Assembly (NCBI GenBank): GCA_945827525.1 | Contig: CALZPA010000001.1 | Span: forward strand, 1 to 53,178 | Direction: 5' to 3' | Source: an uncultured Lentisphaeria bacterium | Lineage (GTDB): Bacteria; Verrucomicrobiota; Lentisphaeria; Oligosphaerales; Oligosphaeraceae | Length of the DNA: 53,178 bases | Part shown: one piece after another, positions 9,628 to 18,697 of the stretch | Numbering within the stretch: the stretch's first letter is position 1 | Layout: the number at the start of each line of letters is the position of its first letter | Notes under the pieces: generated by a model | What the model saw: only the letters and a program-made list of their open reading frames with translations | Database searches by the model: none | Told to the model about the DNA's origin: nothing | Made by a program: the position numbers and the translations under genes

Positions 9628-10392
9628 ATGACCTGCGAGCCGTCCGAGCCTGTCCCTGTCCCAGCATCCGCTGTTCCGCCGCCGTCGCGGCGCTGTCCGT
9701 TTGACCGTCCGCTGGCGGGTGCGCTGGTGGCGCTGATGGCGGGCATGGCGCTGGCGGGGCGGGCTGGTGGCGGGCTGGGCGAGAGGTCGGCGTGGCAGTC
9801 GCTGGCGCTGGCGCTGCTGCCGATGCAGGTCTGCGCCGTCGGGACATTCGTGGCGCTGCTGCGGCGAGAGCGCGCGGGGCGGCCCTGGGGGGCGCTGCTG
9901 GGCTGGCGCGCGCCGGCGGGTCTGACGACGCGGCAGCTGCTGTGTCGTCTGGGGCTCGAATGGCTGACGCTGCTGGCGGTGACGCTGCTCATCAGCCAGG
10001 CGGTGATGTGGGGGGCGCGTGCGCTGGGCGTGGAGCTGGAGGCGCAGCATGTGGTGCGGCTGCTGCAGGCGTCCGGAAGCCCGTCGCTGGTGGCTCTCGC
10101 GACGCTGTCCGCGACGGTGCTGGCGCCGCTGTCGGAGGAGCTGCTGTTCCGGCGGGGGCTTCACGGCGTCCTCGCCTGGCGGCTGCCCGCTCGGCTGGCG
10201 ACGCCGCTGACCGCGCTGTGCTTCGCGCTGCTCCACGGGCAGCTCCACACAGTGCCCACGCTGGTCGCCATCGGCCTTGCCCTCCAGTGGGTCTGCCAGC
10301 GCGAGGGGCTGCGTCAGGCCATCCTGCTCCACGCCGCCTACAACGCCTCCCAGCTGCTGCTGCTCGCCCTCACCGTCCTCGCGGAGCCCTGA
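9628..10392 (+). CDS. CPBP family intramembrane glutamic endopeptidase (CAAX protease / bacteriocin-processing family)
   Basis: Motifs SEELLFRRGL (EExxxR), FALLHG (FxxxH) and LLHAAYN, plus multiple TM segments. The ORF-track start at 9586 is a TTG; the first ATG is at 9628. Confidence 0.85.
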   Translation: MTCEPSEPVPVPASAVPPPSRRCPFDRPLAGALVALMAGMALAGRAGGGLGERSAWQSLALALLPMQVCAVGTFVALLRRERAGRPWGALLGWRAPAGLTTRQLLCRLGLEWLTLLAVTLLISQAVMWGARALGVELEAQHVVRLLQASGSPSLVALATLSATVLAPLSEELLFRRGLHGVLAWRLPARLATPLTALCFALLHGQLHTVPTLVAIGLALQWVCQREGLRQAILLHAAYNASQLLLLALTVLAEP

Positions 10393-10417
10393 GCAAGAGC
10401 AAAATCGTCCGTCAGGC

Positions 10418-10446
10418 TTGACAAGGGTGTGTGAGACTATTAGAGT
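10418..10446 (+). promoter_or_regulatory. Candidate promoter of the TetR-MATE operon (TTGACA-N17-TAGAGT)
   Basis: Perfect -35 TTGACA at 10418-10423, a 17-nt spacer, then TAGAGT at 10441-10446. It lies 26 nt after the CPBP stop and about 120 nt before the TetR ATG. Confidence 0.5.
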
Positions 10447-10565
10447 AAAAAGTCAAACAGATTTTTAAAACATAGCCGAACCATCTGGTGGAAGGCAAGT
10501 GTTGCAAGGCGTATGGGGCGCACGCGAGCGAAAGGAGCCGTCCCGGGAGGCAAAAGGTGTCAGCG

Positions 10566-11261
10566 ATGTCGGAGTCAGAGGGTAGTCGTGGCGGGGAGCG
10601 CCAGGATGTTCGGGAGCGTCTGCTGAAGGCGGGTCTGCAGATATTCGCGACGCGCGGGTTTGACGGTGCGACGGTGCGTGAGATCAGCGAGCGTTCGGGC
10701 TGCAACATCGCGGCCATCAACTACTACTTTGGCGACAAGCGTGGGTTCTTCGAGTCGGTGAAGCGGTATGCGCACAGCCTTCGGCATGCATCGATGGAGC
10801 GGACCTGGGAGCTGGCGAAGACCGACCCGTGGCAGGCGCTGCGTCAGCACGTGGAGATGCTGCTGGCGGCGTCCTACGACCCGATGATGTTCTATGTGGA
10901 CTGGCTGTTTCTGCGTGGTCTGCTGGACGCGGACGAGGTGCCGATGGAGTCGGAGCAGGAGAGCGACCGTCGGCGGCGGCACTACGAGGAGCGGATGACG
11001 AACCTGCTGAGCCAGCTGCTGAGCAAGGCCGCGGCGACGCCGAAGAACATCAAGCTGCTGCGCTTCACGTTCCACAGCCTCTGCCAGTTCCTGCCGATCC
11101 AGAACGCGATTGAGGAGAAGTACCTGCGCGGGCGCGGCATCTTCAACGTGACGTCGGATCTGGACATGGGCTCGCTGGCGGACTTCATCATGGGGACGGT
11201 CCGGCGCACCGTCAACGACATGCGCCGGCAGGCGGGCGTCGAGGAGCTGAAGGAGAACTAG
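10566..11261 (+). CDS. TetR/AcrR family transcriptional regulator
   Basis: N-terminal HTH RERLLKAGLQIFATRGFDGATVREISERSGCNIAAINYYFGDKRGFF. ATG 10566 is preferred over the GTG at 10488. Only 5 nt separate it from the MATE gene. Confidence 0.9.
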   Translation: MSESEGSRGGERQDVRERLLKAGLQIFATRGFDGATVREISERSGCNIAAINYYFGDKRGFFESVKRYAHSLRHASMERTWELAKTDPWQALRQHVEMLLAASYDPMMFYVDWLFLRGLLDADEVPMESEQESDRRRRHYEERMTNLLSQLLSKAAATPKNIKLLRFTFHSLCQFLPIQNAIEEKYLRGRGIFNVTSDLDMGSLADFIMGTVRRTVNDMRRQAGVEELKEN

Positions 11262-11266
11262 ACGCC

Positions 11267-12706
11267 ATGAACGGCTTCAAGGCACTCGGGGCGCTGCTGC
11301 CCCACCATCGCGCGGACATCAGCGAGGAGGGCGTGTACACGCGCGGCGACATCCACCGCACCATGCTGAAGACGGCGCTGACCATGCTGCCGGCGACGCT
11401 GGCCATGTCGGGCTACAACATCGCGGACTCGTACTTTGTGGGTCAGCTTCAGGACGCGGGCGCGATGGCGGCGATGTCGAACACAGGCCCCATTGTGATG
11501 CTGGTGGGGTGCATCTTCATGGGCGTCGGGACGGGCATCATGGCGAACCTGTCGCACGCCCTGGGGCGGAAGGACGCGGTGGGGGCGCGCCATCTGGTGA
11601 GCGCGGGTCTGCTGCTGGCGGTGCTGGTGTCGCTGGTGCTGTGCGTGGGAGGTCTTCTGGGCGGGTCGCATCTGTTCCGATGGATGGGCGCGCAGGGCGA
11701 GACGCTGACCAAGACGCAGCAGTACATGAACATCTGGTTCATCGGCTGCGTGACGTCGGTGCTGTCGATGGAGGGCAACACGCTGCTGATCACGGCGGGT
11801 CTGCCGCATCTGTCGAGCGCGATGTCGATGACGGCGATGATCATCAACGCGGTTCTGGACCCGGTGATGATCTTCGGCTGGGGGCCGATACCGGCGATGG
11901 GCATCATCGGGGCGGCGGTGGCGACGGTGGCCAGCCAGGCCATCAGCGCGATCGTGAACCTGACGCTGCTGCACCGGTGCGGGCTGCTGTCGTTCGCGCC
12001 GATCCCGCTGGGCGAGATTGTCCGGCTGTGGCGGGTCATCGTGCGGTACGCGATACCGGCGGCGCTGGGCAACCTGCTGATGCCCATCGGCATGTACATC
12101 ACGCAGCGGCTGACGTATGACCTGAGCCACCTGGTCGGGTATGGCGACGACCTCATCGCGGGCATCGGCATGGCCTCGCGGCTGGAGATGGTGGCGTTTG
12201 TGTTCCCGATGTCGCTGGGGCGCGCGCTGATGCCCATGATTGGCCAGAACTACGGCGCCCGCCTGTACAGCCGCGTGCGGTCGTGCTTCTACTTCTCGAC
12301 GGCGGTGGCGCAGGGCATCCTGCTGGTGACGGCGGTCATCCTGTGCCTGGGGTTCCGTCACCTGGCGCCGTGGCTGGCGCCGGGGCAGCCGCGCGTCCAG
12401 GAGGTCATGACGCTGTTCATGACCATCGTCCCGTTCGGGTTCGGCTGCACCGAGGGCATGCGCTTCGCGGGCTTCGCACTGACCGGCTGCGGGCATCCGC
12501 GCATGGACGCCATCCTCAAGAGCCTCCGCGTGCTTGCCCTCCAGTTGCCGCTGTCCTGGCTCGCCCTCCAGATGGAGAGCATCAACATGGTGATGGTCGC
12601 CCGGCTCCTCACCGACATCGGCAGCTTCACCATCGCGTTCCTGCTTGCCCTGCGCTGCGTCCGCTCGCTCCCGCAGGACGGAGACGAGATCAAGGAGTCC
12701 GCCTAG
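11267..12706 (+). CDS. MATE family efflux transporter
   Basis: 479 aa, about 12 TM segments, typical MATE N-terminus (TMLPATLAMSGYNIADSYFVGQL) and internal duplication. Sits directly downstream of the TetR gene. Confidence 0.92.
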   Translation: MNGFKALGALLPHHRADISEEGVYTRGDIHRTMLKTALTMLPATLAMSGYNIADSYFVGQLQDAGAMAAMSNTGPIVMLVGCIFMGVGTGIMANLSHALGRKDAVGARHLVSAGLLLAVLVSLVLCVGGLLGGSHLFRWMGAQGETLTKTQQYMNIWFIGCVTSVLSMEGNTLLITAGLPHLSSAMSMTAMIINAVLDPVMIFGWGPIPAMGIIGAAVATVASQAISAIVNLTLLHRCGLLSFAPIPLGEIVRLWRVIVRYAIPAALGNLLMPIGMYITQRLTYDLSHLVGYGDDLIAGIGMASRLEMVAFVFPMSLGRALMPMIGQNYGARLYSRVRSCFYFSTAVAQGILLVTAVILCLGFRHLAPWLAPGQPRVQEVMTLFMTIVPFGFGCTEGMRFAGFALTGCGHPRMDAILKSLRVLALQLPLSWLALQMESINMVMVARLLTDIGSFTIAFLLALRCVRSLPQDGDEIKESA

Positions 12707-12750
12707 ACACCCCAGTCCAAACCCCTGGCCCAACCACAACCACCCGACCC

Positions 12751-14787
12751 ATGAGCAAGCGTTCGATTGTCCTAGGGCTGCTGTGCGCCTCGCTGCTGTG
12801 CGCCGTCTGCTACTTCAACGACTTCATCCTGCAGCAGACTTTCCTGACGGGGAACAACATGCCGGTGGCCGTGTACGGGCTGCTCATCCTCTTTGTGGCG
12901 GCGGTCAACCCGCTGCTGGGACGGCTGCGGCTGCGCGGCGGCGAGCTGGCGGTCATCATCGCGCTGACGCTGGCCGTCTGCTGCGTCCCCAGCTCCGGCC
13001 TGATGCGTCTCTTCGACGGCATCCTGATGATACCGCACCACAGGCTGAAGACGACGCCGGGCTGGCAGCAGCAGGATGTGCTCTCGCTGGTGCCGCCGCA
13101 GATGCTGGCCGACCCGAGCCTGGCGGAGGACACCGCGCTCACCGGTTTCATGCAGGGCCTGGGCTCCGACCTGGCGCCCATCGGCCTGGCGGACGTGCCG
13201 TGGAGCGCCTGGCGCCGCGCCTATCTGTTCTGGGTGCCGCTGCTGCTGTCGCTGTGGTTCTCGCTGCTGGCACTGTCGCCGATGCTGCACCGCCAATGGA
13301 GCGAGCACGAGCACCTGCCCTACCCCGTCTCGGAATTCGCCTCGTCGCTGATGCCTGACCGCACGGGCGGCCTGCCCGCGATGCTGCGCCAGCGGATGTT
13401 CTGGGCGGCGGCGGCCATCGTCTTCCTCATCCACTTCAACAACTACCTGTGCCGGTGGCAACCCGACGTCTTCATCCCTATCCAGACCTCCTTCAGCTTC
13501 GCGCCGCTGACGCGGCTGTTCCCGACGTTCCAGCGCGGCGGCGGCGGCGGGCTGATGATGCCGACGATGTACTTCTGCGTGATTGGGCTGGCCTACTTCC
13601 TGGCGTCGGACGTCGTGCTCTCGTGCGGCATCGGCCCGTATCTGTGGTGCCTGGTCTCGGGGGCGTTCGCGACCTACGGCATCAGCCTGACGCAGCCGCT
13701 GGACGGCATCGGCGGCGCGAGCGTGCAGGCCAAGGGGCTGCTGAGCTTCGGCGCCGCGCTCGGCATGGCGCTGATGGTGCTCTATCTGGGGCGCCGCTAC
13801 TACGCGAGCGCGCTGCGCGCGGCGCTGGGATGTCGCGGCGGCGACCGGGTGGAGCCCCACGTGGTGTGGGGTCTGCGGGCGTTTCTGGCGCTGGCGGCGC
13901 TGGTGTTCGCGCAACTGTGCGCGGTGGGCCTGGACTGGCCTCTGGCGCTCGTCTACACGCTGGTGCTGTATCTGTTCTTCATCATGATGAGCCGGGTGAT
14001 GGCGGAGACGGGCATCTTCTACATGCAGCCGGGCTACATGCCGCACACGGTGGTCTGGGCGCTGTGCGGCGCGGCCGCGCTGGGGCCGCACCAGCTGGCC
14101 ATCATGCTGATGCTGAGCATGGTGCTGACGGGCGACCCGCGCGAGACGCTGCTCCCGTATGTGGCGAGCGCGCTGAAGGTAAACGAGTCGCAACGTCTGC
14201 CCAATGGCAGGGTGCTGCCCTGGTGCTTCGTCGCGCTGGGGCTGGGTCTGGCCATCGCGATGCCGGTGACGCTCTACATCCAGTACCGGTTCGGCGTGCC
14301 GCAGTCCGACTGGTGGTCGTACAGCGTCGTGCCCGCAATGCCGTTCGACAACCTGACGGCGGTCATGCAGAAGCTGCGGAGCCAGAATCTGCTGGAGCCG
14401 TCGCTGGCGCTGTCGGGGCTGGGGCGTCTGGGGTCGCTGCGTCCGGAGGGCACGGGGATTCTGGCGATGGCGGCGGGCGCGGGTCTGGTGCTGCTGTTCT
14501 CGTGCGCGCGGCTACACCTGACGTGGTGGCCGCTGCATCCGGTGATGTTCCTGGTGTGGCTGACGGAGCCGCAGCGCCGCATGGCGGGCGCGTTTCTCGT
14601 CGGCTGGGCGGTCAAGTCGCTCGTGCAGAAGTATGGCGGCGCGCGCTGCTACCAGCAACTGAAGCCAGCGATGCTGGGGCTGGTGGCGGGAGAAATCCTC
14701 GGCGCCATCGTGCCCTGTCTCATCAGCGCTGTATATTATGGGGTCACACATGAGGTGCCGCCGCGCTTCATGGTCCTGCCCAGCTGA
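12751..14787 (+). CDS. Large polytopic membrane protein of unknown function (678 aa; possibly DUF6785/DUF6784-like)
   Basis: Starts at ATG 12751 (MSKRSIVLGLLCASLL...). The ORF-track N-terminal extension from 12283 overlaps the MATE gene out of frame and is R/P-rich. More than 14 hydrophobic segments. The family assignment is from memory only. Confidence 0.75.
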   Translation: MSKRSIVLGLLCASLLCAVCYFNDFILQQTFLTGNNMPVAVYGLLILFVAAVNPLLGRLRLRGGELAVIIALTLAVCCVPSSGLMRLFDGILMIPHHRLKTTPGWQQQDVLSLVPPQMLADPSLAEDTALTGFMQGLGSDLAPIGLADVPWSAWRRAYLFWVPLLLSLWFSLLALSPMLHRQWSEHEHLPYPVSEFASSLMPDRTGGLPAMLRQRMFWAAAAIVFLIHFNNYLCRWQPDVFIPIQTSFSFAPLTRLFPTFQRGGGGGLMMPTMYFCVIGLAYFLASDVVLSCGIGPYLWCLVSGAFATYGISLTQPLDGIGGASVQAKGLLSFGAALGMALMVLYLGRRYYASALRAALGCRGGDRVEPHVVWGLRAFLALAALVFAQLCAVGLDWPLALVYTLVLYLFFIMMSRVMAETGIFYMQPGYMPHTVVWALCGAAALGPHQLAIMLMLSMVLTGDPRETLLPYVASALKVNESQRLPNGRVLPWCFVALGLGLAIAMPVTLYIQYRFGVPQSDWWSYSVVPAMPFDNLTAVMQKLRSQNLLEPSLALSGLGRLGSLRPEGTGILAMAAGAGLVLLFSCARLHLTWWPLHPVMFLVWLTEPQRRMAGAFLVGWAVKSLVQKYGGARCYQQLKPAMLGLVAGEILGAIVPCLISAVYYGVTHEVPPRFMVLPS

Positions 14788-14820
14788 CGACGAGACACGC
14801 CACCCACCACGCATCCACGC

Positions 14821-15693
14821 ATGAGCCAGACCAACCCCATTCCCAGAAAGTCGCTCCCCTGCGGCTTCAGCCTCCCCGCCCTCGGCCTCGGCACCTGGGG
14901 GACAGGCGGACGGCAGGACGCCATCCCCGACGGCCCCGAGGCCAACGCCCTCGCCGGCACCATCCGCGCCGCCGTCGACGCCGGCTTCACCCGCATCGAC
15001 ACGGCCGAATACTACGCCGCCGGCTTCTCCGAGACGCTTGTCGGACGCGCCATCGCCGGTCTGCCGCGCGAGTCGCTGTTCCTGACGTCGAAGGTCTGGA
15101 AGACGCACCTGCGCCATGCCGACGTCCTGGCGGCCTGCGACGCCAGCCTCGCGCGCCTCGGCACCGACCATCTCGACCTGTATCTCATCCATCAGGTCAG
15201 CGACGAGGTGCCCCTGGAGGAGACGCTGGAGGCCATGGACGAGCTGGTCGACCGCGGCAAGGTGCGCTGGCTCGGCGTCAGCAACTTCAGCCGCGAGCGG
15301 ATGCTGCGGGCCGTCGCGGCCAGCCGCCATCCCATCGTCCTGAACCAGGTCCACTACAACCTCCGGGTGCGCGAGTGCGAGGCCAGCGGCCTGCTCGACG
15401 GCTGCCGCGAGCACGGCGTCATGCTGGAGGCCTGGCGTCCGCTGCGCGACCTGTCGCCCTGCCCCCTCACCGACGAGCTCTGCGCCCGATACGGCTGCAC
15501 CTTCCCGCAGCTCGCCCTGGCGTTCCTGCTCTGCCAGCCCGGCGTCGTGACGCTCTCCGCCATGCGGACGGCCGCCCACCTGCCCGAGAACCTCGCCGCC
15601 ACCGCCATCCGCCTCGCCCCCCATGACCTCGAACGGCTCCGGCACGACTTCCCCGGCCAGCTCACCGTCTCGCCCACCGTGCCACTGAGCTGA
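14821..15693 (+). CDS. Aldo/keto reductase family oxidoreductase
   Basis: Motifs LGLGTWGTGG, DTAEYYAAG and LDLYLIHQ; 290 aa. Confidence 0.92.
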   Translation: MSQTNPIPRKSLPCGFSLPALGLGTWGTGGRQDAIPDGPEANALAGTIRAAVDAGFTRIDTAEYYAAGFSETLVGRAIAGLPRESLFLTSKVWKTHLRHADVLAACDASLARLGTDHLDLYLIHQVSDEVPLEETLEAMDELVDRGKVRWLGVSNFSRERMLRAVAASRHPIVLNQVHYNLRVRECEASGLLDGCREHGVMLEAWRPLRDLSPCPLTDELCARYGCTFPQLALAFLLCQPGVVTLSAMRTAAHLPENLAATAIRLAPHDLERLRHDFPGQLTVSPTVPLS

Positions 15694-15738
15694 CCACACC
15701 CCAATCCACCCCCACACCCATCCAGGAGGCATGACATC

Positions 15739-16650
15739 ATGATGGAAGCATTTGACGCACGCATCGACCGCAGACTCTTCCTCCGGCTGACCGGACTGGC
15801 CGGCATCGCCGCGGCGGCGCCACGCCTGGGAGCGCAGCAGCCCGCCGACCCGCCGCGCCCCCGCATCTCCGTCCAGCTCTACTCCATCCGCGACTGGATC
15901 GCCAACAAGCAGCCCGACGGCAAGAGCCAGCCCCGACTCCCCGAGGCGCTCCGCCAGCTCGCCGAATGGGGCGCACAGGGCGTCGAATTCGCCGGCTACT
16001 ACAACTACTGGGGCAAGGGGCGCGAACTGCGCAAGCTGCTCGACGACTGCGGCCTCGTCGCCTCCGGCACCCACATCGGCACCGGCTCCTTCCGGGGCGA
16101 CAACCTCAAGCGCACCATCGACTTCCACCAGGCCATCGGCTGCAAGTACCTCATCGTCCCCAGCGACCGCGACTACACCGACCCCGAGAAGTCCAAGCCC
16201 CTCGCCGAACTCTTCAACCAGGTCGCCGAGAAGCTCAAGCCCCTCGGCATGAAGTGCGGGTACCACAACCACACCGGCGAATTCAAGACCCTCGACGGCA
16301 AGACCTACTACGACCTCTTCGCCGAGCGCACCTCCCAGGATGTCGTCATCCAGCAGGACTGCGGCTGGTCCGCCGCCGCCGGCAAGAACCCCGCCGAACT
16401 CATCCGCCGCTATCCCGGACGCTCCGGAACCCTCCACTTCAAGCCCACCGTCCTCCGTGGCGACCAGGGCAAGAAGGCCTACTTCGGACAGGACTCCGTC
16501 GCCTGGGACGACGTCTTCCTCGCCGCCTGGAAGGTCGGCGGCTGCGAATGGATGACCCTCGAGCAGGAGCGCTACCCCGACGGCAAGTCCTCCATGGAAT
16601 GCACCCGCATCTCCCTCGACGGCATGCGCGCCATGCTCGCCAGACACTGA
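15739..16650 (+). CDS. Sugar phosphate isomerase/epimerase (xylose isomerase-like TIM barrel) with Tat signal peptide
   Basis: N-terminus RIDRRLFLRLTGLAGIAAAAP is a twin-arginine-type signal. AGGAGG lies 9 nt upstream of ATG 15739. The body resembles the AP endonuclease 2 / xylose isomerase-like fold family. Confidence 0.85.
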   Translation: MMEAFDARIDRRLFLRLTGLAGIAAAAPRLGAQQPADPPRPRISVQLYSIRDWIANKQPDGKSQPRLPEALRQLAEWGAQGVEFAGYYNYWGKGRELRKLLDDCGLVASGTHIGTGSFRGDNLKRTIDFHQAIGCKYLIVPSDRDYTDPEKSKPLAELFNQVAEKLKPLGMKCGYHNHTGEFKTLDGKTYYDLFAERTSQDVVIQQDCGWSAAAGKNPAELIRRYPGRSGTLHFKPTVLRGDQGKKAYFGQDSVAWDDVFLAAWKVGGCEWMTLEQERYPDGKSSMECTRISLDGMRAMLARH

Positions 16651-16656
16651 CCCCGC

Positions 16657-17553
16657 ATGGCGACACCGGACTGCCACTCCCCATCGCGACGCCTCGTCCT
16701 CGCCTCCGTCAGCGGCTTCTGCCAGGGCGTCGAGCACGCGCTGCAGCTCTTCGACGAGGCGCTGCGCCGCCACGGCGCCCCCATCCATCTCCTCCATGAG
16801 CTGGTCCACAACCGCCATGTGACCGAGGAGATGGCCCGGCGCGGCGCCGTCTTCGTCAGCGACCTCGACGAGGTTCCGGACGGGAGCGTGCTGCTGCTGG
16901 GGGCGCACGGCGTCTCCCGCCGCATTGAGGAGGAGGCGGGACGCCGGCGTCTCCGCGCCGTCCTGAACGCGACCTGCCCCTTTGTGGCGCGGCTGCACCG
17001 CCTGGCGGCCAGCCTGCGTCCGGACGAGGATCTGGTGCTCTACGGCCAGCCGGGGCATCCCGAGGCCATCGGCATCATCGGACACGCCGGCACGGAGCGC
17101 TGCCACATCATCAGCGGCCCGGAGGACGCGGCGCGGCTCGGGCCGCTCCACCGCCCCATGCTCCTCATCCAGACGACGATGAGCCACGAGTCCGCCGAGC
17201 GCGTCGTCGCCGCCATGCGCGGAACATACCCCGACCTGCGCTGCGTCACCGATGTCTGCCACGCCTCGCGCCAGCGTCAGGCCGCCCTCGAGCAGCTCTG
17301 CCGCGAGGCGGCGGCCATCGTGGTCATCGGGTCGCCGCACAGCGCCAACGCCAACCGCCTCGTCGAGGTGGCGCGCGCCCACGGCCGGCGCGCCTGGCTC
17401 GTCGAGAACGCCGACAGCCTGCCGCCGGACGTCTGGCGCGAGACCTCGCTCGGCCTCATCGGCGGCGCCAGCGTCCCCCCAGACCTGCTGCTGCGCGTCC
17501 GTGACGCGCTCCTCGCCGGCGGCTTCGCCACCGACGGAAATCCCCCTGACTGA
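16657..17553 (+). CDS. ispH: 4-hydroxy-3-methylbut-2-enyl diphosphate reductase
   Basis: Three Fe-S cysteine motifs (GFCQGV, TCPFV, VCHAS), plus HELVHNRHV and SANANRL. Confidence 0.95.
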   Translation: MATPDCHSPSRRLVLASVSGFCQGVEHALQLFDEALRRHGAPIHLLHELVHNRHVTEEMARRGAVFVSDLDEVPDGSVLLLGAHGVSRRIEEEAGRRRLRAVLNATCPFVARLHRLAASLRPDEDLVLYGQPGHPEAIGIIGHAGTERCHIISGPEDAARLGPLHRPMLLIQTTMSHESAERVVAAMRGTYPDLRCVTDVCHASRQRQAALEQLCREAAAIVVIGSPHSANANRLVEVARAHGRRAWLVENADSLPPDVWRETSLGLIGGASVPPDLLLRVRDALLAGGFATDGNPPD

Positions 17554-17598
17554 CAAGACCCACCCAAGCCCTCCCCCACCCCCAGGATCCATCGCACC

Positions 17599-18522
17599 AT
17601 GGCTGAAACGGCAGTGAACCTCTGCGGGATGCGCCTGCGCAATCCCGTCCTGACCGCCTCCGGAACCTTCGGATACGGCAGCGAATACGAGAGCCTCGTC
17701 CCCTTCGACCGTCTTGGCGGCATCACCGTCAAGGGCGTCTCGCCCTTCCCCTCCCACGGCAACCCCATGCCCCGAACCTGCGAGGTCTACGGCGGCATGC
17801 TCAACGCCATCGGCCTCCAGAACCCCGGCATCGACGCCTTCATCAGCGACCCGCACTACCTCCCCTACCTCCGAACCCTCGACTGCGCCGTCATCGTCAA
17901 CATCTGGGGACGCTCCATCGCCCAGTACGCCGAGGTCGCCGAACGGCTTGAGGCGGAGCGACAGGGCATCGCCGCCCTCGAAATCAACATCTCCTGCCCC
18001 AACGTCAAGGAGGGCGGCATCGCGTTCGGCACCGACACCGCCCAGGCCGCCGCCGTCGTCCGCGCCGTCCGCCAGGCCACCACCCTCCCCCTCATCACCA
18101 AGCTCAGCCCCAACGTCACCCACATCGCCGACTTCGCGCGCGCCGTCGTCGACGCCGGCAGCGACATGGTCTCCCTCGTCAACACCCTGACCGGCATGGC
18201 CATCGACATCGAGCGACGCGCGTTCCGCATCGCCAACCGCACCGGCGGCTTCAGCGGCCCCGCCATCAAGCCCATCGCCGTCCGCATGGTCTACGACGTC
18301 TGCAAGGCCGTCGACGTCCCCGTCATCGGCATGGGCGGCATCGCCTCCGCCGAGGACGCCATCGAATTCATGATGGCCGGCGCCCAGGCCGTCGCCGTCG
18401 GCACCGCCATCTTCGCCGACCCCCTCGGGCTCGTCCGCATCGCCGACGGCATCGGCGACTGGCTCGACCGCCACGGCATCGCCAATATCCATGACATCAT
18501 CGGCGTCATGCAGGGAAAATGA
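17599..18522 (+). CDS. pyrD: Dihydroorotate dehydrogenase, class 1 (Cys active site)
   Basis: Motifs LRNPVLTASGTFGYG, GLQNPGID and NISCPNVK; 307 aa. No pyrK gene is adjacent. Confidence 0.95.
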   Translation: MAETAVNLCGMRLRNPVLTASGTFGYGSEYESLVPFDRLGGITVKGVSPFPSHGNPMPRTCEVYGGMLNAIGLQNPGIDAFISDPHYLPYLRTLDCAVIVNIWGRSIAQYAEVAERLEAERQGIAALEINISCPNVKEGGIAFGTDTAQAAAVVRAVRQATTLPLITKLSPNVTHIADFARAVVDAGSDMVSLVNTLTGMAIDIERRAFRIANRTGGFSGPAIKPIAVRMVYDVCKAVDVPVIGMGGIASAEDAIEFMMAGAQAVAVGTAIFADPLGLVRIADGIGDWLDRHGIANIHDIIGVMQGK

Positions 18523-18539
18523 CCGGAGCTGTCCTGAAT

Positions 18540-18555
18540 AGGACAAATTTGTCCT
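18540..18555. promoter_or_regulatory. 16-bp perfect palindrome AGGACAAATTTGTCCT
   Basis: Exact self-complement read directly. Upstream gtcct (18531-18535) can alternatively pair with aggac (18540-18544). It lies between the pyrD stop and the terminator. Confidence 0.4.
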
Positions 18556-18561
18556 GTTTCA

Positions 18562-18591
18562 TTGGTAAAATTCGAGGTTAGGCGTTATAGT
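18562..18591 (+). promoter_or_regulatory. Promoter-like element TTGGTA-N18-TATAGT
   Basis: TTGGTA at 18562-18567 and TATAGT at 18586-18591. The predicted start site abuts the terminator hairpin at 18601. Confidence 0.3.
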
Positions 18592-18600
18592 AGAAAGAAT

Positions 18601-18641
18601 GGCTTGCGTTGCGTGCTCTCACGCACGCAAGCCGTTTTTTT
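18601..18641 (+). terminator. Rho-independent terminator after pyrD
   Basis: ggcttgcgttgcgtg-ctct-cacgcacgcaagcc hairpin followed by T7 (gccgttttttt). Confidence 0.85.
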
Positions 18642-18697
18642 ATGTTAGCGCACCATTTGTGCCGGTGCGCGTTAGAAACATCATCAGGAGTCTCCCC

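Noticed and set aside
12283-12750. N-terminal extension of the large membrane protein ORF
   Set aside because: It overlaps the MATE gene in another frame and is R/P/G/A-rich. The hydrophobic, signal-like sequence begins at ATG 12751.
14512-18546. 1344-aa minus-strand ORF spanning the AKR, isomerase, ispH and pyrD genes
   Set aside because: It runs antisense across four independently recognisable plus-strand genes and their intergenic gaps. It has a low-complexity G/A/D/V composition. A real gene would not ignore these boundaries.
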